DNA of 64,000 nucleotides from an uncultured Planctomycetales bacterium (GCA_964643325.1 CAZXSE010000002.1:8159-72158); one strand, 5' to 3'. Counted from the first letter of the stretch, positions 7,858-17,300 are shown. Program-made: numbers and translations. The notes: a model not told the origin generated them from the letters alone.

Positions 7858-10094
7858 ACGCTGAACGTCTTTCGCTGAAGGAATTCGGCCTTCTTGCCGT
7901 TGTTCCACTGGTTCACCGGGCGCAGATAACCGACGATGCGCGAATAGACCTCGCACTCCGCCGCGCATGAAGGGCAATGCTTGTGCTCGCCCGCGATGTA
8001 CCCGCACGACGGGCAAACGCTGAACGTGGGCGATATCGTGAAATACGGCAGGCTGTATTTCTCGCAGACCGTGCGCACGAAGTTCTTCACGGAATCCGTG
8101 TCATCGATCCTTTCCCCCACGAACACATGGATGACCGTGCCGCCGGTATAGCGCGCCTGCAGGGAATCCTGGTGATCGAAGAGCTGGAAAATATCATCCG
8201 TGTGGTGCACGGGCAGGTGCGTGGAGTTTGAATAGAACGGCTCCCCGCCCGCGGCCTCGTTGGGGCAATCGCGCTTGAGCTCCGGGAACATGTCCTTGTC
8301 CATGCGCGCAAGCCGGTAAGTAACACCCTCGGCCGGCGTGGCTTCAAGATTGTAGTTATTCCCCGTCTCCTCCTGGAACTTCAACAGGACCTTGCGCATG
8401 AAATCCAGCGTATCTTCCGCGAACTTCTTGCCCTTGGGCGTGGCAATGTTCTCGCCCAGGAAATTCAGGCAGCATTCGTTCATCCCGACAAGGCCTATCG
8501 TCGAGAAATGGTTTTTCCAGTACTGGCCGAAACGCTCTTTCATGCTGCGCAGGTAGAAGCGCATGTAAGGATAAAGATTGTCATCCGTCAAGACCTCGAG
8601 GCCCTTGCGCTTGATCTCAAGGCTCTCGCGGGCAAGGATCATCTGATGCTCAAGTTCGGCATAGAACGTTTCCGCGTTCTTGCACGCATACCCGAGCCGC
8701 GGCATATTGATGGTCACGACACCGATGGACCCGGTCAGGGGCGCCGCGCCGAAAAGTCCGCCGCCGCGGGAATTGAGCTGACGGTTGTCGATGCGCAGGC
8801 GGCAGCACATGCTGCGCGCATCATCCGGGCTCATGTCGGAATTGATGTAGTTGGTAAAATACGGGATCCCGTACTTGCCCGCCATGTCCCACAGGGGCTT
8901 TAACTCGGGATTGTCCCAGTCAAAGTCCTTGGTGATGTTGTAGGTCGGGATGGGGAACGTGAACACGCGGCCCTTGGCATCACCCTCGAGCATGACCTCA
9001 AGGAACGCCTTGTTGAACATGTCCATTTCCTTCTGAAAATCGCCGTACACATCATCCTGCACCTTGCCGCCGACAAGAACGCCCTTTTCCCTGTAATAGT
9101 TCGGGACGCGGACATCCATGGTGACGTTCGTGAACGGCGTCTGGAACCCGACGCGCGTGGGCACATTGACATTGAACAGGAATTCCTGCAGCGCCTGGCG
9201 CACATCCTTGTAGGTCAGCCCGTCGTAACGGATGAACGGCGCCAGCAAGGTGTCAAAGTTCGAGAACGCCTGGGCGCCCGCGGCCTCACCCTGCAGCGTG
9301 TAAAAGAAATTGACGACCTGCCCCAATGCCGAACGAAAATGTTTCGCCGGGCGGGATTCGGCCTTGCCGGATGCGCCCTGGAACCCCTGCAACAGAAGAT
9401 CGTACAGATCCCAGCCCACGCAATAAACGCTGATGCTGCCCAGGTCATGGATATGCATATCTCCGTTGGTATGCGCCTCGCGCACTTCCTGCGGATAAAC
9501 CTTGTTGAGCCAGTACGCCTGGGAGATCTCAGAAGAAACATAATGATTGAGGCCTTGCAGTGAATAGGCCATGTTAGAGTTCTCTTTCACCTTCCAGTCC
9601 TTGCGCGAAAGATACTTCTCGACGAGCTCGACATTGAACATCGACGCGATCTCGCGCATGCGGGAATGCTGGTCACGATAAATGATGTAAGCCTTCGCCG
9701 TTTTTTTGTAGGGGGACGTGATCAGGACTTCCTCGACAATATCCTGCAAGCCCTCGACGGTCGGCAGGCGCTTGGAATAGATCTGAAGCGCCAGGTTCAG
9801 GACCCTGATCGTCAACTTCTGCGCGGCCTCCCCGTCGAACTCGCCGGTGGCCTCGCCCGCCTTCTGGATCGCGCGCGTGATCTTCGCAGGATCAAAGTTC
9901 TCTTCTTCACCGCTGCGCTTGATGACCCTGTCGAACAATTCTGTGGTGTACACGGGGCGATCCTCCTCTTGATGATGAATGAATAATTCCCGACTAAACT
10001 TTCCCTGCGCTCTTATGGCCATGCCGGCGCGCTGTTGCTCCGGCGTCAAAAGGCTGATAAGGCTTGTGTTCTTCTTCATAGACCATGCGGACAT
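7824..10094 (-). CDS. nrdD: Anaerobic ribonucleoside-triphosphate reductase (class III RNR)
   Basis: ATP-cone (VIKRSGEEENFDPAKI), C-terminal glycyl-radical motif (SRIVGYLRPV) and Zn ribbon CPSCG...CPSC. Start is uncertain (10094 with a GGAG SD, or an internal Met near 10020); it overlaps the upstream radical SAM gene. Confidence 0.9.
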   Translation of the reverse strand: MSAWSMKKNTSLISLLTPEQQRAGMAIRAQGKFSRELFIHHQEEDRPVYTTELFDRVIKRSGEEENFDPAKITRAIQKAGEATGEFDGEAAQKLTIRVLNLALQIYSKRLPTVEGLQDIVEEVLITSPYKKTAKAYIIYRDQHSRMREIASMFNVELVEKYLSRKDWKVKENSNMAYSLQGLNHYVSSEISQAYWLNKVYPQEVREAHTNGDMHIHDLGSISVYCVGWDLYDLLLQGFQGASGKAESRPAKHFRSALGQVVNFFYTLQGEAAGAQAFSNFDTLLAPFIRYDGLTYKDVRQALQEFLFNVNVPTRVGFQTPFTNVTMDVRVPNYYREKGVLVGGKVQDDVYGDFQKEMDMFNKAFLEVMLEGDAKGRVFTFPIPTYNITKDFDWDNPELKPLWDMAGKYGIPYFTNYINSDMSPDDARSMCCRLRIDNRQLNSRGGGLFGAAPLTGSIGVVTINMPRLGYACKNAETFYAELEHQMILARESLEIKRKGLEVLTDDNLYPYMRFYLRSMKERFGQYWKNHFSTIGLVGMNECCLNFLGENIATPKGKKFAEDTLDFMRKVLLKFQEETGNNYNLEATPAEGVTYRLARMDKDMFPELKRDCPNEAAGGEPFYSNSTHLPVHHTDDIFQLFDHQDSLQARYTGGTVIHVFVGERIDDTDSVKNFVRTVCEKYSLPYFTISPTFSVCPSCGYIAGEHKHCPSCAAECEVYSRIVGYLRPVNQWNNGKKAEFLQRKTFSVCSSGACSSSH

Positions 10095-10797
10095 TCACTC
10101 CGGCAAAATGACCTTTCAATGCCGCCATCTCCGGCGCTGTCAGAGGCTTTTCTCCGCCATCACGCAGCGGCGTATTGAGCTGAACCTCATCCGCGCCGAT
10201 CTCCCTGGCCAGGCGGGCAATGGCCGCGGCCTGGCCTTTATTCTTTTCCACGAACATGACCTGGATCACGAACCGGCCTTCAAAAGTCTTTTTGAAGTCT
10301 TTAATGCCGTCGACAACAGACGCCAGGGTCACTCCCGTCGCCGGACGGTTCAGCCGCGCGAACACCGTTTCATCCGCGGCCTCAAGCTTGACCAGCACCA
10401 GATCAACGCCGCGCAGATCATGCTGAACATCCTTGCGGCCCAACAGCGTACCATTGGTGATGACCGCGATCTTTTCCGGGCGCAACGCGCGCACCGCGCG
10501 GATCATTTCCCCTATATTGGACGCCAGGGTCGGCTCTCCATTACCGGAAAATGTCAGATAATCGATCGCCACATCCGTATCCAGGGCTTTAAGCTCATCC
10601 ACCAGTTCCTGCACTGATACAAAAACACGGCGCTCGCCCGTAACACTCGCGCAAGAGCCAAGCTGGCAATAGGTGCAGTTGAAATTACAGGTTTTTTGGG
10701 AGGTTGCGATCGGGTCCAGGCCGAGGGACATCCCCATTCTCCAGGAGTGAACGGGGCCGTAAATGTACTGAAACTTGGGACTGGCCATTAACGCCAT
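9994..10797 (-). CDS. Radical SAM protein (PflA-like, COG0731/COG1180 type), first gene of the nrdD-nrdG operon
   Basis: 267 aa; CNFNCTYCQ (CxxxCxxC) preceded by the YGPVHSWRMGMSLGLDP motif; SGNGEPTL glycine-rich motif. Confidence 0.75.
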   Translation of the reverse strand: MALMASPKFQYIYGPVHSWRMGMSLGLDPIATSQKTCNFNCTYCQLGSCASVTGERRVFVSVQELVDELKALDTDVAIDYLTFSGNGEPTLASNIGEMIRAVRALRPEKIAVITNGTLLGRKDVQHDLRGVDLVLVKLEAADETVFARLNRPATGVTLASVVDGIKDFKKTFEGRFVIQVMFVEKNKGQAAAIARLAREIGADEVQLNTPLRDGGEKPLTAPEMAALKGHFAGVNVRMVYEEEHKPYQPFDAGATARRHGHKSAGKV

Positions 10798-10854
10798 ATG
10801 TTACTAATGTTAAAGGATGTTAATAAACCGCAAAAACATAATGCCTGCTGAGAA

Positions 10855-10909
10855 ACAAGATATAGATACAACTTGTCCTGGCAGGCACTACATATAGTAT
10901 TCCTGCCAG
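10855..10909 (-). promoter_or_regulatory. Two tandem palindromic operators resembling NrdR boxes upstream of the rSAM-nrdD-nrdG operon
   Basis: acaagATATAGatacaacttgt and ctggcaggCACTACATATAGTAttcctgccag. Their centres are ~31 bp apart and both have an ATATAG core. The layout recalls the paired NrdR boxes I recall as acaCwAtATaTwGtgt. Confidence 0.35.
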
Positions 10910-11098
10910 AGCGACTGTCAACGATTTTTTAAATATTTTTTTGAACTATTTTCTCCGTCGAGGACGGGCTTGCGGCACTCTTAAAAACAATTTTATCGCT
11001 CAATGAAAAACATCCTAACGCAGCAAAGGATGGCTGTCAATCCGTTTTTCCCCGTCGGAGAATGGCCTGAACAGCTTCCACCGCGACGGATCATTTAT

Positions 11099-12100
11099 TC
11101 AAGAACGTAAAGAAGATGAGGCCTTCAAGCTGTGCCCGGGGCCGTCGGCCACAAAACGGCCGCAGGAATGGATGAGCCCGACGAGCGTCTCAACAGTATC
11201 GCTGGGCGCCTGTTGAAGGCCGGGCTTGTTGGGATAGATCTGATAAAGCTCGCGGTAGCGTGTGGGCGTGACATTCGGCATCAGGACATTGGCTCCGGCG
11301 CAAAGCGCTTGTTGCCGGCCCTGGGGATCGATCGTACCCATGGCCGTTGTCGCCGGGATATGCACGTTCTTCATGACAATGCGGATCGCGGCCAGCGTGC
11401 GCAACACCAGGTCCAGCGAACCGCCCGATGCATCCTTGAGCGGCGTGTGCGGGTCCGGAATGAACGGGCCAAACCCGATCATGTCCAGGCCCAGCTTCTC
11501 CATTAAAAGAATATCGTCCGCGATCATCTCCAGCGTTTGCCCGGGAAGTCCGACCATCATGCCCGAGCCAACCTGAAAACCAGCCTCCCTGATCCACGAC
11601 AGGCACTGCATGCGGCCGGCCCGCGATGCATTAGGCTTAAGCTTGCAAAAAAGTTCATCCGACGACGTTTCAAAACGCAATAAATACCGGTCAGCGCCTG
11701 CCGCTCTCAACGCTGTATATTCCTCGCGCGCTCTCTCACCGATAGACAATGTAATGGCCAGGCCAAGCTCTGCCTTGATGCGCCGGAGAAGATCGCACAT
11801 CCCGTCCAGCGGCTGTCCATCCTCGCCGGACTGAAGGACAATGCTCCCGCAGCCAAGGCGTTTTGCCTCGGACGCAGCATCAAAGATCTCCTGCGGGGCC
11901 ATGCGATAACGCTTCAATCCTTTGTTCGAACAACGGATGCCGCAATACAGGCAATCGCGCCCGCAATTATTAGAGAATTCAATGAGCCCGCGCAAATGCA
12001 CGCCGTCGCCCGCATGGTATTGACGCACGCGGTCCGCTTCGGCGAACAATGCCTGCGGGTCACTGGCATTCAACAGCTGAATGATCCTTGAACGGTCCAT
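11099..12100 (-). CDS. hydE: [FeFe]-hydrogenase maturase HydE (radical SAM, BioB-like)
   Basis: CGRDCLYCGIR radical SAM motif; biotin-synthase-like length; clustered with hydG and hydF. Start taken at MDRSRIIQLL (12100); the track ORF extends to 12148. Confidence 0.85.
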   Translation of the reverse strand: MDRSRIIQLLNASDPQALFAEADRVRQYHAGDGVHLRGLIEFSNNCGRDCLYCGIRCSNKGLKRYRMAPQEIFDAASEAKRLGCGSIVLQSGEDGQPLDGMCDLLRRIKAELGLAITLSIGERAREEYTALRAAGADRYLLRFETSSDELFCKLKPNASRAGRMQCLSWIREAGFQVGSGMMVGLPGQTLEMIADDILLMEKLGLDMIGFGPFIPDPHTPLKDASGGSLDLVLRTLAAIRIVMKNVHIPATTAMGTIDPQGRQQALCAGANVLMPNVTPTRYRELYQIYPNKPGLQQAPSDTVETLVGLIHSCGRFVADGPGHSLKASSSLRS

Positions 12101-12107
12101 CAATGCC

Positions 12108-13604
12108 TCACAGATAAAGGTCGCGCTCGCCCTTCTTGACCCTGTCATAGTAATTCAAGAAAATGTCCAGCGCCTGCGGGTTCTTGGCCTTGATCTGCGC
12201 GATCTCCCGCTCGATCAAGGGCTGGGCCAGGCGTTTTGTATCGTCACTCGCAAAATCATCCAGCCATTCCTGAAAGGTCAGGACAGCATTAAGCTTGCAG
12301 AACTTCCCCTCGGCGCCGCTCCGTAAAAGGTCCATGATGCATTTGCCCGTGCGGCCGCAGCGGTACCCGGCCGTGCAGAATGACGTGATGAACCCCATCT
12401 TCGCCATGTCGCGGATCAGCTCATCGAGCGAGCGCGTATCGCCGAGGATGAACTGCTGCTTGTTCTCCTTCTGCGCGGTCACGGCGTCCGAATAACCGCC
12501 GATCGCAATGCGCGAGGATGCATCCATTTGCGTAACGCCCATCATAACGGCCTCGTTGCGGATCGATGCCTTCTCGCGCGCCGTGATGATCATGCCCGTG
12601 TAAGGAACGGCCAGGCGGATGATCATCATGATCTTCTTGAAGTCATCGTCGGAAACAAGATACGGCCAGTCGGGCGTGATGATGGAATTAAGCGCCGGTA
12701 CCAGCCGCGGAAAAGAAATGGTGTGCGCACCGACGCCCATCTTTTGTTCCAGCTCCTGCGTGTGCCGGATCACGGCCATGAGCTCAAAACGCCAGTCATA
12801 AAGACCGAACAACACGCCAATGCCCACATCGTCAATGCCCGCGTCCATGGCGCGGTGCATGCAATACAGGCGCCAGTTATAATTGCCCTTGATCGTTCCG
12901 GCCGGATGCAGGCGGGCATACATCTTTTTATGATACGTCTCCTGAAAGACCTGATATGTGCCGATGCCTGCGTCAGCGATCTTCTTGAGGTCCTCAATAG
13001 AGAACGGCGGCGCGTTCACATTCACCCGGCGGATGGAACCGTGGCCGTTACGGGTCTTGACCTTGACGGAGTAAATGGTCTTTAAGCTCTCGACGATATA
13101 ATCCACATCATTCTTGGGGTGCTCGCCATAGACAGCGATGAGCCGCTTATGCCCGATCGTGCCGGCCAGGACCTCGACCTCACGGCGGATCTCGTCCTGG
13201 CTAAGGGCCTTGCGCGTAGCCGTTGTATTGTCCTTATTGAACCCGCAATACGCGCAGCGGTTGACACAATAATTCCCGAGATAGAACGGCGCGAAGGTCA
13301 CGATGCGGTTGTCATAGACCTTGAGCTTGACCTCAAGCGCGGCCTGGCGCATTTCCTCGAGCATGGCCTTGTCATTGACGCGGATCAGGACACCGACCTC
13401 CTCAAGGGTCAGGTCCTTGATGGCCCTGGACTTGGCCAGGATATCACGGACTTCGGCGGGATCCGGCTCTCCCGGGGCCGCACGTAATCCAGCCTCGATC
13501 TCATCGTCATGGATGAAATCCCGGCCCTGGTCCATGTACCTGTTGATCTCATCCTGCTTGATGCGCCCGTCCACCCATGATGTGGAAACTGTATCGTGTA
13601 CCAT
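12108..13604 (-). CDS. hydG: [FeFe]-hydrogenase maturase HydG (radical SAM tyrosine lyase, ThiH-like)
   Basis: CVNRCAYCGF radical SAM motif and C-terminal auxiliary-cluster motif CTAGYRCGRTGKC; 498 aa. Confidence 0.9.
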   Translation of the reverse strand: MVHDTVSTSWVDGRIKQDEINRYMDQGRDFIHDDEIEAGLRAAPGEPDPAEVRDILAKSRAIKDLTLEEVGVLIRVNDKAMLEEMRQAALEVKLKVYDNRIVTFAPFYLGNYCVNRCAYCGFNKDNTTATRKALSQDEIRREVEVLAGTIGHKRLIAVYGEHPKNDVDYIVESLKTIYSVKVKTRNGHGSIRRVNVNAPPFSIEDLKKIADAGIGTYQVFQETYHKKMYARLHPAGTIKGNYNWRLYCMHRAMDAGIDDVGIGVLFGLYDWRFELMAVIRHTQELEQKMGVGAHTISFPRLVPALNSIITPDWPYLVSDDDFKKIMMIIRLAVPYTGMIITAREKASIRNEAVMMGVTQMDASSRIAIGGYSDAVTAQKENKQQFILGDTRSLDELIRDMAKMGFITSFCTAGYRCGRTGKCIMDLLRSGAEGKFCKLNAVLTFQEWLDDFASDDTKRLAQPLIEREIAQIKAKNPQALDIFLNYYDRVKKGERDLYL

Positions 13605-13617
13605 ACGGCCTTCTTTC

Positions 13618-14871
13618 TTATATTGCCTTTAATTCTTGTTCGAACGCGGCCAATGCCGACGGGAATGGCGAAAGGACGCGCGTGAGCACGCCCTGCACAA
13701 AAGCGATCCCGAGCCCGTAATTGGTGATCGGCACGCCTTTTTCTTTCGCTAAATGGATACGCAAAAGCATTTCCCCGCGGGTGAGCATGCAAGCGCCGCA
13801 ATGGATGATGAGCCGGTAATGTTCCAGCCCCGCCGGATAATCACGGCCTGCGCAATGATCTATCTTAAGGTCCCCGCCCACGGACCGGCTTAACCAGCGC
13901 GGGATCTTGATGCGGCCGATATCATCCTCAATGGCATGATGCGAACAGCTCTCCGCGATCAGGATCCTGTCACCCGGCTTGAGCGAGGCAATATGCGCCG
14001 CGCCGCGCGCAAGTTCATCAAGGTCGCCCTTAAAACGCGCCAGCAATATCGAGAATGTCGTGCATGCCACGCCCGCAGGTGTGTCCTTGACCATCCGGTC
14101 CACGACTTGAGAGTCGCACACGACAAGGTCCGGCGGGGCTTTGAGCTTGCCGATCATGGCGGGCAATTCCTTCTCCTGGACGACGAAAGACGCAATGTCA
14201 TGGTCGAGCGCGTCACGGATCGCCTGAACCTGCGGCAGGATGATCCGACCCTTGGGCGCTTCCTTGTCAATGGGGATCACCATAACAACAACCCCACCCG
14301 GCGGGACAAGGTCGCCCACTAATAAGAGCGGCATCAACAACTCCGGCGGGCATATCGCGATCAGGGCCTTCTTGAGCGCATGCACATAAGTATCCCGCAT
14401 GGCCGCACTTATCCCAACACTTGAACAGGCCAGGACCTGGGTCGTAACACCCTGCAAGCGCTCGGCAAAAGCCGGATCAAGCGCCCCCTGGTCCTGCTTG
14501 TTCACGACAATAATAAAAGGCTTCTTCGCGCCCTTCAGCTCGCGAACAATGTCCTCCTCGAACGCGCCCCACACACCCGGGACCGTCACGATGATCGCCA
14601 TATCCGATTGCGCCAGGGCCCGGCGCGTGCGTTCTATCCGGTTGCCGGCAAGAGCCGAATCATCGTCAAGACCGGCTGTATCCAAAAAAGTCACGGGGCC
14701 GAGCGGCAACAGTTCCATGGGTTTCTCGACCACATCCGTGGTTGTCCCAGGTACAGAGGAAGTGATGGCCACATCCTGTCCCGCGACCATGTTCAGGAAG
14801 CTGGATTTCCCGACATTGATCCGGCCGATGATGCCGATATGGAGCCGCAATGATTTGGGTGTTGTCTGCAT
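13618..14871 (-). CDS. hydF: [FeFe]-hydrogenase maturase GTPase HydF
   Basis: N-terminal GTPase P-loop GRINVGKSS; C-terminal cluster-binding CSHH...HCGAC motif. Confidence 0.9.
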   Translation of the reverse strand: MQTTPKSLRLHIGIIGRINVGKSSFLNMVAGQDVAITSSVPGTTTDVVEKPMELLPLGPVTFLDTAGLDDDSALAGNRIERTRRALAQSDMAIIVTVPGVWGAFEEDIVRELKGAKKPFIIVVNKQDQGALDPAFAERLQGVTTQVLACSSVGISAAMRDTYVHALKKALIAICPPELLMPLLLVGDLVPPGGVVVMVIPIDKEAPKGRIILPQVQAIRDALDHDIASFVVQEKELPAMIGKLKAPPDLVVCDSQVVDRMVKDTPAGVACTTFSILLARFKGDLDELARGAAHIASLKPGDRILIAESCSHHAIEDDIGRIKIPRWLSRSVGGDLKIDHCAGRDYPAGLEHYRLIIHCGACMLTRGEMLLRIHLAKEKGVPITNYGLGIAFVQGVLTRVLSPFPSALAAFEQELKAI

Positions 14872-14879
14872 AAGGCTCC

Positions 14880-15128
14880 TTATACTTTGGCCAGCGCTGA
14901 ACGGACCAGGACCCCGTCAACAGCGCCGAGCTTGCCTGTCAAAGCGCCCAACTCATCCGTTGTCATATCCACGGTCAGCGTGATGACCTGGCAATGCCGT
15001 TCCTTGTAAGGCAGTCCCACGCGCGCCACGATCCCGTCGCCGTATTCGGAAAGGACCTTGTTGACCGCGGCCGCTGACTTGAGACGGTCTTCAATGATGA
15101 TGCCCACAAAACCCAGTCGTTTACTCAT
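14880..15128 (-). CDS. TM1266-like small ACT-fold protein (putative iron-only hydrogenase system regulator)
   Basis: 82 aa; GFVGIIIEDR...LSEYGDGIVARVGLPY pattern typical of the small protein usually linked to hydE/hydF/hydG; first gene of the maturase operon. Confidence 0.7.
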   Translation of the reverse strand: MSKRLGFVGIIIEDRLKSAAAVNKVLSEYGDGIVARVGLPYKERHCQVITLTVDMTTDELGALTGKLGAVDGVLVRSALAKV

Positions 15129-15149
15129 GCGCCAATCCCCCTCCCCTGG

Positions 15150-15177
15150 CCCCTCCCCACGCTTCGCGGGGGAGGGG
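15150..15177 (-). promoter_or_regulatory. 5'-UTR hairpin (C-rich / G-rich arms) next to a GGGGAGGGGG Shine-Dalgarno of the hyd-regulator operon
   Basis: On the mRNA: CCCCUCCCC-(loop)-GGGGAGGGG hairpin, then a second GGGGAGGGGG 8 nt before the AUG. An AT-rich promoter-like region lies upstream (15181-15240). Confidence 0.3.
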
Positions 15178-15240
15178 AATTCTCATTCAACCCATCTTAC
15201 AAAAAATAAAATATGATCTTATATTAATAATGAACATCTT

Positions 15241-15426
15241 CTTTGGCAGGACAGGTAGTGTTGACCTTTAAGCACAATCAGAAATTTTTTGGCAAAAGTT
15301 CCCGAAGATTTACGTCGGGACTGTGGCGAAGCCCGCAGGCATTGAGCGCTTTACAGGACCGACGTAAATCAAAGGGAACGGCAAAAAATTTCGTGCTAAA
15401 GGTCAACACTACCTGCCTTGCCAAAG
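15241..15426. repeat. 186-bp long imperfect palindrome (nested inverted repeats) in the hndD-hydF intergenic region
   Basis: ~34-bp terminal arms ctttggcaggacaggtagtgttgacctttaagcac / gtgctaaaggtcaacactacctgccttgccaaag. Inner arms gaaattttttggcaaaag / cggcaaaaaatttc and gatttacgtcgg / ccgacgtaaatc. GAA-loop core ggcgaagcc. Confidence 0.6.
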
Positions 15427-15433
15427 AACGATC

Positions 15434-15471
15434 AATAAGAAACCCCGATCCTGCAAGGCGCAGAACCGGGG
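15434..15471 (-). terminator. Candidate rho-independent terminator of the hnd operon
   Basis: GC-rich stem ccccg...cgggg (15443-15471), followed on the minus strand by tttcttatt. Confidence 0.4.
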
Positions 15472-15539
15472 CGTGAACATCTTTTGTCCCGATCCCTTAG
15501 CTTCAGGCGTGCGCCCTGGCCGCAGGTCTAACAATAAAA

Positions 15540-17300
15540 TTATTTTATATACAACGGCCGCGCCGTGTAATGCGTGTGCAGCAGCTTGTGGGCCTTTTCC
15601 GACAAGGGCCTGTCGAGGAATTCCTTGTAAAGCTGTTGAACATAGAAATTCTCATGCGAACAGCGATGCTTGAGCGCCGCGTCCTCGGCATAAAGCCCTT
15701 TGGCGCGCTGCTTGCGGATCTCGTCATTGACCATGTACGGCTGGCCGCCGCCGCCCACGCATCCGCCGGGGCATGCCATGACCTCGATGAAATGATACGG
15801 GACCGGCTGATCGTTCTTGATCGCGTCACGGACCCTGTCCATGACCTGCCCGACATTCTTAAGCCCGTGCGCGACCGCGATCTTGATCTCGGCCCCCTGA
15901 ATGGTGACCGTTGTTTCCTTGATACCCTGCAGTCCCCGCACCGCCTTGAAATTCACATCTTTCAACCCCTCGCCGGTGATCGCGAAATACGCGGTGCGCA
16001 AGGCGGCTTCCATAACGCCGCCCGTGGCGCCAAAGATCGTGCCCGAACCCGCGTAATCACCGAGCATCAGGTCCGAATCCTCATCAGGCAGCTGATTGAA
16101 ATCAATGCCCGCCTGCTTGATCATGCGGATAAGCTCGCGCGTGGTCAGCGACACATCCACGTCCTGATACCCGGAAGACGACATCTCCGCGGCGCGCGAG
16201 ATCTCGTATTTCTTGGCCGTGCAAGGCATGATCGAAATGACCTTGATCTTCGCGGGATCAAGATGTTTCTTCTGCGGATAATAGGTCTTGCTCAAAACAC
16301 CCACCATCTCATGAGGGCTTTTGGCGGAAGAGAACAGCGAGATCATGTCCCCATAATATTTCTCGAGATAATCAACCCACGCCGGACAGCAGCTGGTGAT
16401 CAAAGGCAGCGGCCCTTTCTTGTGGACAAAGCGCTCGACGAACTCGTGGCCCTCCTCCATGATCGTCAAGTCCGCCCCGAAATTCGTATCGAACACCGCC
16501 TTGAACCCCAAACGGCGCAAGAGCGCGTAAAGCTTTTTGGTCAGGTTCGTGCCCACCGGATATCCGAACCCTTCGCCGACGGCCACGCGCACCGCGGGCG
16601 CGATCTGCACCACGCAATGCAGGTCCGGATCTTGCAGCATGGCCCAGACCTTCTGGGTCTCATCGTTCTCAAAGATGGCTCCCGTCGGGCAATGCGCCGA
16701 ACACTGGCCGCAGCGCACACAGGGCGACTCCGCGAGCTTGATATCACCGGCCGCCGCGATGCGCGTGTTAAAGCCCCTTTCAACATAGGACAATGCCCAA
16801 ACATCCTGCTTGTTCTGGCAAACATCGATGCAGCGGCCGCACTTGATGCACTTGCGCGGCTCAAGGGTCATGGTCCCGGTGGATGCGTCCGGCGGGATAT
16901 CCGGCAATTTGCGTTCAAAAATATCCTCGCGGATCCCGAAATCCGCGCAGATCTTCTGCAATTCACAATTATTATTACGGCCGCAGATCAGGCAGTCGGT
17001 CGGATGGTTCGACATGATCAGCTCAAGCACGGTACGGCGCGTCTGCACGATCTCGGGATCATGAGTTGTGATATCCATCCCCTCCTCAAGCGGCGTGCAG
17101 CAGGCGCGCAGCATCTTGCGGCTGTTCTTGATCTTGACAATGCAAATGCCGCAGCCCGCCGACGGAACAAGGTCGGGGTGCTTGCAAAGCGTCGGGATAT
17201 TGATATGGACGCGGTGGGCCGCCTCAAGGATCGTCATGCCCGCCTCTACCTCAACGGGGTGGCCGTTAATGACCGCTTTGATCTTCTTCGCCATAGACAT
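15540..17300 (-). CDS. hndD: [FeFe]-hydrogenase catalytic subunit (HndD/HydA, NADH/NADPH-dependent multimeric type)
   Basis: N-terminal 2Fe-2S and 4Fe-4S ferredoxin domains. H-cluster motifs L1 ITSCCPAW, L2 IMPCTAKKYE and L3 EVMACPGGCVGGGGQP are all present. Confidence 0.9.
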   Translation of the reverse strand: MSMAKKIKAVINGHPVEVEAGMTILEAAHRVHINIPTLCKHPDLVPSAGCGICIVKIKNSRKMLRACCTPLEEGMDITTHDPEIVQTRRTVLELIMSNHPTDCLICGRNNNCELQKICADFGIREDIFERKLPDIPPDASTGTMTLEPRKCIKCGRCIDVCQNKQDVWALSYVERGFNTRIAAAGDIKLAESPCVRCGQCSAHCPTGAIFENDETQKVWAMLQDPDLHCVVQIAPAVRVAVGEGFGYPVGTNLTKKLYALLRRLGFKAVFDTNFGADLTIMEEGHEFVERFVHKKGPLPLITSCCPAWVDYLEKYYGDMISLFSSAKSPHEMVGVLSKTYYPQKKHLDPAKIKVISIMPCTAKKYEISRAAEMSSSGYQDVDVSLTTRELIRMIKQAGIDFNQLPDEDSDLMLGDYAGSGTIFGATGGVMEAALRTAYFAITGEGLKDVNFKAVRGLQGIKETTVTIQGAEIKIAVAHGLKNVGQVMDRVRDAIKNDQPVPYHFIEVMACPGGCVGGGGQPYMVNDEIRKQRAKGLYAEDAALKHRCSHENFYVQQLYKEFLDRPLSEKAHKLLHTHYTARPLYIK

